A stretch of 64,000 nucleotides of DNA from Octopus sinensis (Eukaryota): positions 248,001-312,000 of the forward strand of contig NC_043023.1 in NCBI RefSeq assembly GCF_006345805.1. Reading direction: 5' to 3'. Positions 1 through 12,719 of the stretch are shown piece after piece (position 1 is the first letter of the stretch; each line of letters opens with the position of its first letter). Both the position numbers and the translations under genes were made by a program. The notes under the pieces are model-generated. The model had not been told where the DNA came from. It searched no databases and saw only the letters and a program-made list of their open reading frames with translations.

Positions 1-628
1 ATCACTCTATGCCCTACCACCTCCTCTCCTTTTCCCTCTCTACCTCTTATATACACAATGTATCTCGTATAATGTTCGGTTGTCAGATAAATCCGTTCGT
101 TTCTTTGAATTTTCCGATCGGCAAACCAGTGAGTTTTAACCATCAAAGCATTGACAAAATTGGTGGAACGTCGGAGGAGAATCTATCAATTAAGCGATTT
201 GTTATATTTCGTTTTGGACAGAGTCAAGACTATTGAAAAGGTTGCAAGACGCAACGAAAATTTTAGGAAAATAAAAATAAGAAATAAGTGGAAATTTTAC
301 CGGTGAGTGTGTTACATAATAAGGCACAAAAAGAAAACGACTCTCCCCAGGCACAACAGAATATGATTTGTTAAAGTTGATGAAAAATAAGTGTTAAAAT
401 AAATGGAAAAATACGAAGGTTCGATGAGTTCCTCGAGTGAAAACCCAGTGATTTTTACCATCAAGGTGTGGTTGTGTGGTAAAGGGTTTGCTCCCTAGCG
501 ATATGGCACCTTCGGATAGTGTCTCCTACGATAGCCTCGAGCCTACTAAAGCCTTCAATAGATTTGGTAGAGCGAAACTGAAAGAAACCCATCTTGTGTG
601 TGTGTGTGTGTGTGTGTGTGTATACATG

Positions 629-807
629 CAGGCGTGGGCTGTGCGGAAACAGCTTACTTCCCAACCATATGGCTCCAGGTTCAATCTTATTGCGTGGAAC
701 CTTGGGCAAGTGTCTTCTACTATGGTCACGGGCCAACTAAACCCTTTGGGTGGATTTAGTTGACGGAAACTGAAAGAAGCCTGTCGTATATATATACATA
801 TATGTAT

Positions 808-844
<37 letters not shown>

Positions 845-1055
845 ACCATCGTTTGACAACCAGTATTAGACAACCGTAACCAGTATTAGACAACCGTAAC
901 CAGTATTAGACAACCGTAACTTAGCTCTTCGGCAAAAGGAAGCGACTGAATAAGTAACAGGTTCAAAAAGAAGTGCTTGGGTCGATTCATTCAACTAAAA
1001 ACTTTTGATGGAGGTGCTCCAAGATGGTCACCGTCTATTGAGCAAAACAAAATTT
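629..1055 (+). mobile_element. tRNA-derived SINE family A, diverged copy with internal 20-bp tandem triplication (855-920); partial copy also at 464-595
   Basis: Matches family A blocks (tRNA-like head, ccttgggcaagtgtcttctactat, gacggaaactgaaagaagcc, internal (TA)/(TG) tract, cggcaaaag...aataagta); aaccagtattagacaaccgt x3 inside. Confidence 0.8.
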
Positions 1056-1809
1056 AAAAAAAAATGGGTGAAAGAAAAGAAAAGAGTGATACTGACAAGT
1101 TGCTGACGAGAAGTTGTGAACAATGGAGGAGAAAATATCATTGACTGATTTGTTAAAATCGTTAATGAAAAATAAGGATTAAAATAAATGGAAAAATACG
1201 AAGACTCAATGAGTTCTTCAAATGAAATACTCAGATGGTTTCTACTGTCAGGGAATTGGCTAACTGACGAAACGCTGGCGAGAAGACGCGAACAATGAAG
1301 GAGAATATATTAGTGAATGATTTCGTAAAGCTATTGAAAATAAAGACTGAAATGAATGGAAAATAACGAACGAATTTATGAGACGACCTAATATATACAC
1401 ACATATGCACGACCGCTCTATCCGAGCAACTTATTGCTATTCTCTGTCTCTTTTCTCTCGGATTTTTCACTGTCGTCTGCTGCTCTGGTGTCACAAGCAG
1501 CATTTTTCAAAGACGATACCATCTACCAATCAATTTACTTCCTGTCTGCCTCTCTTATGGGCTATTTTCTCGTGACGTAAGCGACAGTCAGAAAACAAGC
1601 AATTCATGAAATAGCTAAGCTGTGAATCTTGAACATTTACGAGAATTATATTGATTCGTTTTTCACTGTACAATTTGATTACCCAGGCAAATATTAACCC
1701 TTTAACCGCGAAATTAAATTTCATGGTTATTCAAATAATGTTAAATATCTACAAAACAAAAAAAAACAAAAAAATCAGTATTTTCTGCAAGTCACGTTGC
1801 TTCAATAAT

Positions 1810-2090
1810 CTTTTCTCTTCTACTTGTCATTAAACTGCGGCCACACTGGGGCAATACCTTGAAGAATTTTTAGTCGAATGACCCGACCTCTGTATTTACG
1901 GATGTCAAGCAGTGGCGGGGAACAAAGAGACAGAAACACACACACACACACACACATATATATACTACGGGCTTCTTCCAGTTTCCGCTACGAAATCTAC
2001 TCACAAAAGCCTTGGTTGGCAATGGGACTGAACCTGGAACCGTGAAGTTAGGAAGCAAGCTGACTACCACACAGCCACCCCTGCGCCTAT
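1810..2090 (-). mobile_element. SINE family A, internally deleted copy
   Basis: Reverse-complement family A blocks: cgggcttcttccagtttccg, gggactgaacctggaacc, ccacacagccacccctg. Confidence 0.75.
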
Positions 2091-2809
2091 ATTTCCTCTC
2101 CATCTTTTCTGTATATATTACCTAAACACTTCCGTTTGTCTCTCTTATACACTGACACCAGTTCAAGACGACACATCTACTTATTTCTACTTCCTCTGTG
2201 TGTGTGGTGTGTGTGTGTGTGTGTGTGTGTGTGTTGTGTGTGTGTGTGCATGTGCATGTATGCCTCCCTCCACATATATAAACAACTAGGCTCGACACAC
2301 AGACACACATTTATCTGCATCACTACCTACTGGCTCGTCTTGGATTTCTCATACAGCTATTCTCGATGCCGTGGACATTGTCCTGGATGACGAATCCGGA
2401 GTTTAAGTTCAAATCCATTTCAGCACTACTTACGTGTTCTCTGTACTGAGCATATCTCTCACCTATTTTCTCTTTGTCTCTCTTTTCATCATACTCTAAC
2501 GCCCGTTTTCCGTGCTGGCATGGGTTGGACGGATTAACCAGAGCTGGCAAGCAGATATGTGTGTGTGTGTGTGTGTGTTGTTTAGTTACAATTTCACATC
2601 TTCACTTGAAGATTCCAATTCAGATAAACTGGGCCATCACATTGGAGTAGAGAATTTAAATCACAATGTATAAACACTAACGGACTAGGTTATTAAATGC
2701 TAACGTACTATTTACTATATGCACTGAAATGCTAAAACCTGTGTGTATGTCTGTGTAAGAGCAAATGTAAAACAAGTATCTTCTATACTGAATGCGAAAG
2801 TAACCTTCA

Positions 2810-2859
2810 TATGTGTGTGTGCGTATATATATATATATATATATATATGCATATATATA

Positions 2860-2895
<36 letters not shown>

Positions 2896-2905
2896 TATAT
2901 ATATA

Positions 2906-2939
<34 letters not shown>

Positions 2940-2990
2940 TATATATATTATATATATATATATGCATATATATTATATATATATATATAT

Positions 2991-3034
<44 letters not shown>

Positions 3035-3044
3035 TATATATATA

Positions 3045-3081
<37 letters not shown>

Positions 3082-3130
3082 CACATACATATATGCGTGT
3101 AAGTGCGTATGCATATATGTATGTTTATAC
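2810..3130. repeat. (TA)n microsatellite
   Basis: Long (TA)n with GC interruptions; source of the spurious YIYI ORFs. Confidence 0.95.
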
Positions 3131-3354
3131 ACCTGTGTGGTGCCTATGTACAATGGCGGTATGGATATCAACACGTTATCCAGCGATAATTCTTCAACAA
3201 AGTAAAACATTATCGAATTACATTCGCGATATCAAGATGGCGGAAAACAAACTTGGCTCAGCATTATTTCTTTATTTTCTGATATTGACTTTAACTATTT
3301 ATATTCTTCTTCATCCTTTTGTCTTTGCCCTTACTACTACTACTACTACTACCA

Positions 3355-3385
<31 letters not shown>

Positions 3386-3565
3386 AGTCCCTGCTCGAGG
3401 GATATGTTATATAATTTTGTATACAGTGTGAAATGTCACTTTCTGGGTTTTTTTTTCACTCTTTCGAACTCCGCCATCTTTTGTAAAATATACCATGTGT
3501 TACACTCCCTCATCTACCGCCCTTGCGGTAAATGAATTATTATTACCATTGTTATTATTTTTGCT

Positions 3566-3602
<37 letters not shown>

Positions 3603-3864
3603 CCCCTCTAGGGATGTTGTATAATTTTGTATACTGTGTAAAATGTTATTTCCTGTATTCTCTTTCATTCCATTCGAATCAAACATCTTCGCCATCTTGT
3701 TATCTTTCCCCGTACTCCATTCTCTTCTTCTTCTTCTTCTTCTTATTATTATTATCATTATCCCGTTCGATAGTTTTTATTTCCTCTGATTCGATTTCTG
3801 TGTAAACCACACAAGAAATTTCTTCGGTAGAGTCTCCTTAATCATACACCACTGTGTCAAATAA

Positions 3865-3899
<35 letters not shown>

Positions 3900-4075
3900 A
3901 GCACGAGTGTCGACGAAAAGATCCGATATCTCTTACTGTTCTGCTTTTCCTTCCTGGTCAAGTTAAACTTTTGCTTCTGTTTCAGAAGCGTAAAATTTCA
4001 TCAACATCATCTTTGTCATCCTCATCGCCACCATATCAATTCCAACACCATTAAAATCCTTATTGTCAACGTCAT

Positions 4076-4420
4076 AGGTGTGGGAGTGGCTGTGTAGGAA
4101 GTAGCTTGCTTACCAACCGTATGGTTCTAGGTTCAGTCCCACTGCGTGGCACCTTGGACAAAAGTCTTCTACTATAGCCCCGGCCGACCAAAGCCTTGTG
4201 AGTGGATTTGGAAGACGGAAACTGAAAGAAGCCCAACATCGCTTGACAACCGATGCTGGTGTGTATATGTCCACGTAACTTAGCGATTCGACAAAAGGGG
4301 CCGATAGAATAAGTACTAGGCTTACAAAGAATAAGTCCTGGGGTAGATTTGATCGACTAAAGGTGGTGCTCCAGCATGGCCACAGTCAAATGCCTGAAAC
4401 AAGTAAAAGAATAAAAGAAT
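4076..4420 (+). mobile_element. SINE family A (internal microsatellite deleted)
   Basis: Pol III A-box-like tggctgtgtagg and B-box-like ggttcagtccc, family body, and 3' end gaaacaagtaaaagaataaaag. Confidence 0.85.
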
Positions 4421-4980
4421 CACACCATCACAATATCACCATCATGCTCATCGTTGTCGTGACCACCATTACAGAACCACCATCATCATTCTTGCCACCC
4501 TCATCGCCGTCGCCACCATTATCATCATCTTGATGCCAGCGTAGTCGAAATCCTTCTTGTCAGCATCACCATCATTCCCATCACACTCATCATCGCCGTC
4601 GTCACAAGGCTAATCCCAAACACACAAAGACACACCCACGGGGCCAACTTGCATCTTTCATCTTTTACTTGCTTCAGTCATTAGGCTTTGGCCATACTGG
4701 AGCACTGGCTTGAAGGGTAGTAGTCAAACAAATCGACTTCAGTACCAATTTTCTTTAGCTTGGTACTTCTATTGGCCTCTAAGTCTGCTAAGTTATAGGG
4801 ATGCAAACAAACCAACATTGGTTCGCAGTTGGTTGGGAGACAGACCCTCTTCACACATACCAACATCATTGCTATCGTTGTCATCTCTTTGTCATCATTG
4901 CAACTAACTATAAATACTAATAAAGAAACTAAGGACTATCACATAGGTATTGAACTAAAGATCATTTCTATAATTAAGGA

Positions 4981-5013
<33 letters not shown>

Positions 5014-5454
5014 ATTCACTTTATAACCGCTTCAACTAGACTGATAAACAGTTATTTGTGCAAAGACTTTGATAAGTTATCATTAAAGATAGCCAATAAC
5101 ACTTTCCAGAAAGCAGCTGTGACTTATAATTGTGACTGATTTCTGATACAACCAATTTAGTGCGTAACTTTTTAATAAATGCATTGAGGAATTACAGGCG
5201 AATATGAACATAGGGATGTTCTAAATTATAACAATACTAGACTCTCGCAAGTACTTGGACTGTGAAATTTGAAATATTGTGTAGTTAAGGAATATGTCTA
5301 TCAACTCATTTGTAAAGGTAGTAACAGATTACCTTGAAAGATGGCCACATGTTCGGTCAAGAAAATTGTAAAAATGGAGTACATTAACAGATGACCTCTA
5401 GATATGGCCAATAATAACAACCACACCAGCACAAATAACAACAACAACAATAAC

Positions 5455-5494
<40 letters not shown>

Positions 5495-5500
<6 letters not shown>

Positions 5501-6030
5501 CCCTGATGCCGTACCATGCAGTGGCTCTCATGGCTTCTGATCTTAACTGATTGGAAGTGTTATCATGTACATTGTTTTGTCTTGGTATAAAAGATGGGCT
5601 ACAGCAAATATTCTGCTCAATACCACAGATTTACTTGTCACTTGTTTGACCTTAACAAGTCAAGTATGGCCGTTGGTGGCTCACGATGTGTACATTTCTG
5701 ATCACGAGCAGGAGTAGTGGAAGAGCATCATATCCATGTTTTGGGATTGATTCTTTGGGGTTTGAATAAGTCACTTCTGAAAACAGGCATTTCATTCATC
5801 ATCCTTCAACAACCTTCAATCGAGGACATTCTGCGTGGGGTGGGCTACTCGACTTGGCCCCCACCTGCAAGGTCATGCGTTGTCTTTATTGATATGAGAT
5901 CACCATGTTGCACACATGTAGTTGTGATGCATGTGCCTGGTGTACCTTTATCAGATGGGTAATATAATGGGCTTCGTATACTTGTACCCCAGTGTCACTT
6001 TGATGGCATGTGCTCCTTTCTCACTCACTC
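5495..6030. mobile_element. Putative non-autonomous element inserted in (AAT)n
   Basis: ~530 bp of complex non-coding sequence flanked on both sides by (AAT)n arrays; no credible ORF. Confidence 0.45.
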
Positions 6031-6084
6031 AATAATAATAATAATAATAATAATAATATAATAATAATAATAATAATAATTATC

Positions 6085-6280
6085 TTTTCTGATGGAAGCA
6101 CCACAAGTAGTCAAATTTGGGGGAAGGGATTATTAAGTCAATTTACATCGACCCCAGTGCGTAACTGGTACTAATTTTATCGACCCCGAAAGGATGAAAG
6201 GCAAAGTCGACCTCGGCGGAATTTGAACTCAGAACGTACCGCTAAGTATTTTTGCCCGGCGTGCTAACGATTCTGCCAAT
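6085..6280 (-). mobile_element. tRNA-derived SINE family C (MetaSINE-like)
   Basis: Minus strand reads ggcagaatcgttagc...gagttcaaattccgccgaggtcgactttgcctttcatcctttcggggtcgataaaattagtaccag, which resembles the Meta/Sauria-SINE core domain. Confidence 0.75.
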
Positions 6281-6282
6281 AA

Positions 6283-6560
6283 TAATTGTTCGACAATGGA
6301 AAATGAAGTTGAAGGTAGTGCCAATTATTGTTGGGTCTTTGGGGAAGTGTCTGAAGACATCAAGAGGAATATAAAGGAAATCGGAATAGAGTACCCAGTA
6401 GAACTATTACAAAAGGTTTGGCTCCTTGGTGTGACCAGAATCGCCAGGAAAATATCAGATAGTTGAAAAAAACAAAAGCAAGTTACTATAGGCTGCAGAT
6501 AGCAAGCTCGCTACGCATGCAAGACTCCAGTTCCAACAAAACTGGAGTTAAAAATAATAA
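6283..6560 (+). mobile_element. 3' end of R4/Dong-clade non-LTR retrotransposon (RLE C-terminus), decayed
   Basis: Translates with one frameshift as RQWKMKLKVVPIIVGSLG..SEDIKRNIKEIGIEYPVELLQKVWLLGVTRIARKISDS*, matching the 'VIPVVIGALG...LQKTALLGTARILRKVL' ending of R4-clade ORFs; sits next to (TAA)n. Confidence 0.7.
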
Positions 6561-7594
6561 GACAACAGGATTTTGCCAAATTTAGAATTAGAAGAAAATG
6601 TGGCTCAATTTTGAATAAAAAGAAGCATCACTTACAACATTTCGAAGAAATTCAAAAGCGTTACTCACGAATTTCGGATAAAAAGAGTAAAAATCTTTGA
6701 ATAAAAGCCACCACTCACCTGAAACGAGAAGAAAAAATGAAATTAAGGATATAGGAATTTACGGGTTGAAAGCATATACATTCTTTTATTATTTTATTTG
6801 TTTCGGTCATTTGACTGCGGCCATGCTGGAGCACCGCCTTTCGTCGAACAAATCGACCCTAGGACTTATTCTTTGTAAGACACTTGCCCAGGATACTGAA
6901 CCCGGAAGCTACTTACTACACGGCCATTTCTGAGCTTATATATAAATATATTTTGAATGGTTTTTGTATGTAACGTTACTTATGGAATGAAGTGGAGAAC
7001 ATAATTTAATGGAAAGCAATGCAATACAGACAAACCATTTATCATACAGAGAGACAACTGAATGATAAACTATGGAGGGAAATCTAAGACGTAATATAAT
7101 ACATTGTCAGAACAAAAATGTATAGTGTTCATGTTAATCATAGGTCAATTGACTGCGAACTAAATATGTTAAATGATGCAATAGGCATTGATGTGTGCAG
7201 AATTGGAGACTTAAAATAATGAGCCCATTTGGCGTGAGATGCACGCCAGAATAAAGCACTCAATGCGGGATTTGGGTTTTGGAATCAATTTTCTCTCTTT
7301 AGACGTTGTGTGCAAAAATGAAGTCTTTCGGAAGAAATTTATTCCCCGAGATAAGATTCTGCAGCGAATGCCATTCAAGACCAGTTGTCTGCGAGGATCC
7401 TCAAACAATTACATATTAAGTCAGGAGCAGGTAATTCAGTTGAGTAAAACAACTGAATCCTCATCGTCGGTCAACGGAGATCCACCACTATGATATATAT
7501 TTCATATATTATATATATATCGCCATGTTGATTCGTTAGCTACTGCACGCATTTTTTTTCTCTCCTTCTTTCTGTGTTTTTCTCTCTCTGTGTA

Positions 7595-7632
7595 TCTTTC
7601 TGTTGAAGAGCGTAGGCTCGAAACGTTAAAGA
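7595..7632 (+). ncRNA. Minimal type-I hammerhead-like motif with variant core, inside a ~210-bp element (7520-7730) in (TA)n
   Basis: TCTTT-CTGTTGA-A-GAGC-gtag-GCTC-GAAAC-GTT-AAAGA: perfect 5-bp stem I, 4-bp stem II and palindromic AACGTT stem III; core position A6 is U. Confidence 0.55.
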
Positions 7633-7728
7633 CTTGTTTTATTTATATTTCCTGAGCGCCATACTAATACAATTGTTCGTTTGTCTTCCACCTGCCTTCG
7701 TCTTTTGTTTATTTTCATAAAGCTTCCG

Positions 7729-7791
<63 letters not shown>

Positions 7792-7795
7792 ATAT

Positions 7796-8220
7796 AGGCG
7801 TGGGCTGTGTGGTAAGTAGGAGTGGCTGTGTGGTAAGTAGCTTGCTAACCAACCACATGGTTGCGGGTTCAGTCCCCTGCGTGGCATCTTGGGCAAGTGT
7901 CTTCTGCTATAGCCCCGGGCCGACCAATGCCTTGTCAGTGGATTTGGTAGACGGAAACTGAAAGAAGCCCGTCGTATATATGTATATATATAAGTGTGTG
8001 TGTATATGTTTGTGTGTCTGTGTTTGTCCCCCTAGCATTGCTTGACAACCGATGCTGGTGTGATTACGTCCCCGTCACTTTGCGGTTCGGCAAAAGAGAC
8101 CGATAGAATAAGTACTGGGCTTACAAAGAATAAGTCCCGGGGTCGATTTGCTCTACTAAAGGCGGTGCTCCAGCATGGCCGCAGTCAAATGACTGAAACA
8201 AGTAAAAGAGAGTAAAAGAG
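7796..8220 (+). mobile_element. SINE family A, full-length young copy with duplicated 5' ~22 nt
   Basis: Complete family A sequence; gctgtgtggtaagtag occurs twice at the 5' end. Confidence 0.9.
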
Positions 8221-8226
8221 TATATA

Positions 8227-8560
8227 CGAGCAAATGCCCCACCCCGTCCAATGGATAGTGCTGAGTTGTCAAACATTTAAACCAAATTTTCTCAAAACAA
8301 CTTCTCCGATCGTCTCATTTTGTGGCATTATTTCAAGCCAGCCGTGCATTTTTCTAGCGTACACGTACTATCGATCGCAACAGCTGATGTACTTGCTTTA
8401 TCGATCGCATTCTCACCTGGAATCAATTTTTGTAATTTTTTCAAGACTTATACACGCCCTGATACCGTCGGTATCTACATATAAAATTTGAGCGCAATCG
8501 GATGGAGGATGCCCGAGATCCTAGAACACACACACAGACAGACACACAGCCATTATATAA
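8227..8560 (-). mobile_element. Non-autonomous Helitron-like element
   Basis: Minus strand begins tatataatggctgtgtgtctgtctgt...ccgattgcgctcaaattt, a typical Helitron-N 5' region, and ends GC-rich ...ttgCTCG|T. Confidence 0.55.
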
Positions 8561-8844
8561 AATATGCACTATGTATGAATACAGAGATATGTATGTATAT
8601 CTCTATGTGTATGTGTATATATATATATACACACATACGCACAAACACACACACACTGATGTTGTGTAGCAGATTTAATGTACAATATATATATTATTCA
8701 TATCACAGAGATTCTTGCAGAGTGATCCTGAGACTGGTTGATTATTGATGAACTGGTTGGCTACATTCTTTCCACATACTGAGAGACAGCACACAATCAT
8801 ATCAATATACGTACACACACACAACACATATGTTGAGATTTGGT

Positions 8845-8881
8845 TAGACAGATAGATAGATATAGACAGAAAGATAGAGAG

Positions 8882-8959
<78 letters not shown>

Positions 8960-9049
8960 ATAGACAGATAGACAGATAGATAGATAGATAGATAGATGAT
9001 AGATGGATAGATAGATGGATAGATAGATAGATAGTTGGATAGATAGATG

Positions 9050-9114
<65 letters not shown>

Positions 9115-9218
9115 GAAGAGATAGATAGAGGGATAGATAGGTAGATGGATAGACGGAAAGATAGATAGATAGAAAGATAAACAGATACGTGATGTGCTAT
9201 TTTATACGAGTGTATAAT

Positions 9219-9260
<42 letters not shown>
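8845..9260. repeat. (GATA)n/(TA)n microsatellite block
   Basis: Direct inspection. Confidence 0.95.
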
Positions 9261-9263
<3 letters not shown>

Positions 9264-10414
9264 GAAAGAGAGAGAGAGAGAGAGGGAGCGTGTATCGTTA
9301 ATGGGTATCATGTGTTGTAGGTTTTTGAATGCGTGTGTGTGGCAAAAGGTTAATGGCAAGATTAGAGTTGGATTAAAAGAGATTCGGGGATATATTCGGT
9401 TAATCTGGCGCTAAGGTTATGTAGAATAATGAACAGTGCAGTCTCCCCCTAAACACACAATTATACGCATACGCGCATATATATATATATATAATATATA
9501 TGGGTGTGTGTGTGTGTATATGTATATATGTGTGTATATATGTATATGTATATATACATGTATATATATATGTATATATATATATATACATACATATATA
9601 TGTATATATATATATATATACATACATATATATATATATATATTTGTACATGAATAACTATATATATTTGTATATGTATATAAATGTGTGTATATATATA
9701 TATAAATATATATGTACATATTCAATATATATAGATACATATACATATACCCATGCGTATATACACCTATGTATACACATATGCATATACACACACATAC
9801 AGACACACATATACCACACACGTGCACGAATATATGCAGACACAATTACACACAAACGCGGATATATCTTTGTGGTGGTGGTGGGGTGTATACGAAGACA
9901 CGCACATGGAAATATGTCTGCATGTATGCCTCCTTCTGTCTGTCCCTCAACACATTACTGTTTTGTGCCATGGAGCTATTTGGCAAAAGAAACTAAAAAA
10001 AATTAAAAAAACAACGGGCTGAATAAGCCTGGTAGGTCCTGGTATAGATTCGAACCATCGAAACCTTTCCAGGTGTTGCTCTAGTACGGCTGAGGGACAA
10101 AGATTGAAAATAGTAAAAGTGTAAAAGACCTGTTTCTATTTTATGAAGATGAACCTGAAGAGAACTCCAAATTTTGCCTATCGGTTTGTTCAACCAGTGA
10201 AAGAATCTTTTGCCAGCCAGGGTCTTTTTTTACATAAAACATTTTTAGATAAAAAGCGACTTCACTGTTTGAATAAGCTTGTAGGCCAAACTTAGAGTTC
10301 CAGTCAACAAGATCGTCACAATATCATGAAAACATGAAAAATAAAATAAAATAAATTGTTTTTCTTACAAGTGTTTTAAAATAACACCATTTTGGCCCGG
10401 TTCTCCGGTGGTTA

Positions 10415-10845
10415 TATCAACGAGTGTTCCAGATGATCCGATCAATAGCCTGCTCGTGAGATTAATGTGCAAGTGGCTGAGCACTCCACAGACAGTTACC
10501 CACTTAGTAAACAAGTAAGATCCCTAGCTGGCGACCGGAGGGGGAAGCTGCCTCCTCAACCAATGCGCAGATGAGGGTGATGCTGGATGATGGGGATGAT
10601 GATGTTATTCCACGCTTTCCAATCCGTGGCGCTCACCGTAGAATGTTTGAGGTCCGACGGAGAATGAAAGCGGAAAGGCGAGCGTTTAATGTAAGCTCCC
10701 AAGGAGGTTCAGCGTGACACACTGAGTGGGCTAGATCAACGTGAAATAAAGTGTCTTGCTCGAGGACACAACGCCCCACCTGGAATCGAACTCAAAGCCT
10801 TACGATCGTGAACCGAATACCCTAACACCTAAGCCACGCGCCTAC
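10415..10845 (-). mobile_element. tRNA-derived CORE-like SINE family E, interrupted by a ~200-bp insert (10500-10705)
   Basis: Blocks gatccgatcaa..gcctgctcgtga..aagtggctgagcactccacagac and caacgtgaaataaagtgtcttgctc..ggaatcgaactc..aagccacgcgcc are shared with 20790-21082 and 34570-34880. Confidence 0.75.
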
Positions 10846-10906
10846 ACAACATCATTTTAACAAACACAGATATGCACGCCACTCCATCTCTCTCTCGCTC
10901 TGTATA

Positions 10907-10955
<49 letters not shown>

Positions 10956-11130
10956 GTGGAACGATGAAAATGAGTGCTCAACACCGCATTGGTGGATAGA
11001 GTTACTTCATTTGTGAATTAAGGCTACCATTGTTTTCATGCTAAGAAAAACAGGAAAACATCTTAATATTCACGGAGGAATGGTATTCGTCTCCATTTTG
11101 GGTAAACATAAAGTCTATATATTTAAGGGT

Positions 11131-11214
<84 letters not shown>

Positions 11215-11216
<2 letters not shown>

Positions 11217-11500
11217 TGCATGGCTTAGTGGTTAGGGTGTTGGACTCATGATTGCGAGACCGTGGCTTCGATTCCCAGACCGGGCGTTGCCTTGTGTTCT
11301 TGAGCAAAGCACTTCATTTCACGCTGCTCTGCCATTATTTCGACATCTGACATGTGACACCCAGTTGCACCTGAACAGGTAATGTCGATTTGATGGAGGG
11401 AGTGAACTTATGTGAGTACAAACGTTTGATCACTATAAACGAATTATCTGTGTGTACCGAGACCCTCATACGTCGTCTAACGACGGGAGAGTCCTTGGTA
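11215..11500 (+). mobile_element. SINE with family E tRNA/CORE head and a different tail
   Basis: gcatggcttagtggttagggtg...cttcgattccca (A/B boxes) followed by gtgttcttgagcaaagcacttcatttcacg. Confidence 0.75.
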
Positions 11501-11612
11501 TACACACATTTATATATAGATAGATGGATAGATAGATATACATACATATATATATATATAGTATATATATATATATCTATATATATATTTGTATATATCT
11601 ATTATATATATG

Positions 11613-11645
<33 letters not shown>

Positions 11646-12030
11646 ATTAAAATAGCCATTTATATATCATAGTTTGTGAAATGCAAACTGTACAGCGGTG
11701 CTCGACTGAAATATCTCTTAAAAAACGTGTTTTAAAAAACTATAGACACATCACTCCATCTCTCTCTGTCTCTCTAATTATATATATACATATAATTCTC
11801 AACACATGAAATATGTATGTGCCTATGGGTATGTTTGTACATGTATATATGTGAGTGAGTGAGTGAGTGTGTGTGTGTGTGTGTGTATTCCTCATTCCTA
11901 CAAAACTACAATACCCTTAAGCTAGATTGATTATTTAAATTCCACTATTTATAATTTTATCTGTTTATAATTTATCTAATAAGAATATAATGCACTTAAT
12001 AATTGATTGCGTTGTATGTATATATATATG

Positions 12031-12071
<41 letters not shown>

Positions 12072-12173
12072 TATATATGGATATGGATATATATATGTAT
12101 ATATGTGTATATGTAAAAGTGTGTATATATGTATGTATTTATATTTATAACTTAACATTATGAACTTTCTAAA

Positions 12174-12293
12174 CTCCGACGAAGCCCAGAAGCACACTCA
12201 AGTAACTTAATTTTATCTACTAAATACTTCAGTTCACTGAAGGGATACAAGTAAAGTGGGGTACTGTAACCTCTTGGCTGAAGCAGCAGTAAG
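12174..12293 (+). ncRNA. Decayed type-I hammerhead motif in the putative pLTR upstream of the Penelope-like element
   Basis: CT-CCGACGA-AGCC...GGCT-GAAGC-AGCA-GTA-AG; two core substitutions relative to CTGANGA/GAAAC. Confidence 0.4.
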
Positions 12294-12668
12294 AAACTAT
12301 TCTACTTTGTATGTTCTATATTATATATTTTAATAATTACTGGTATTTTTATATATAAAGCATAATCTGTTACATGTATTATATTATTACAATTGTTTTT
12401 TTTTTTAATAAATAAATAGACATAATATAATGTCTAAAAGTTAATGAATACCACCGCTTGATCCCCTCCATTTTCTTATTGCCGTATAAATTCCACGTCG
12501 AACCGCGAAACAACTTTCTACCTTCGCGCATTTATTACATTCCGTAGAGTAGTTGCCATACAATAAAAAAAAAAACACTTGTGTATTAATAACTGGGTAT
12601 TCTACCAGCAGTATATTGGATAGATATTATCCCTTGGTTGGATTCACAACGTCTAACTCTCTTGGAAT

Positions 12669-12704
<36 letters not shown>

Positions 12705-12719
12705 GTATGTGTGTTTTTT

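Noticed and set aside
855-920. 20-bp direct repeats suggesting CRISPR
   Set aside because: Contiguous tandem copies without spacers, inside a SINE, in eukaryotic DNA with no cas genes.
2677-3431. Long ORFs rich in YIYI/HTHT/LSIY/ERER here and throughout the window
   Set aside because: Translations of (TA)n, (CA)n, (GATA)n and (GA)n microsatellites that lack stop codons; not genes.
7239-7493. 84-aa ORF of normal complexity
   Set aside because: No recognisable domain in the frames I read and no clear splice signals; cannot support a call.
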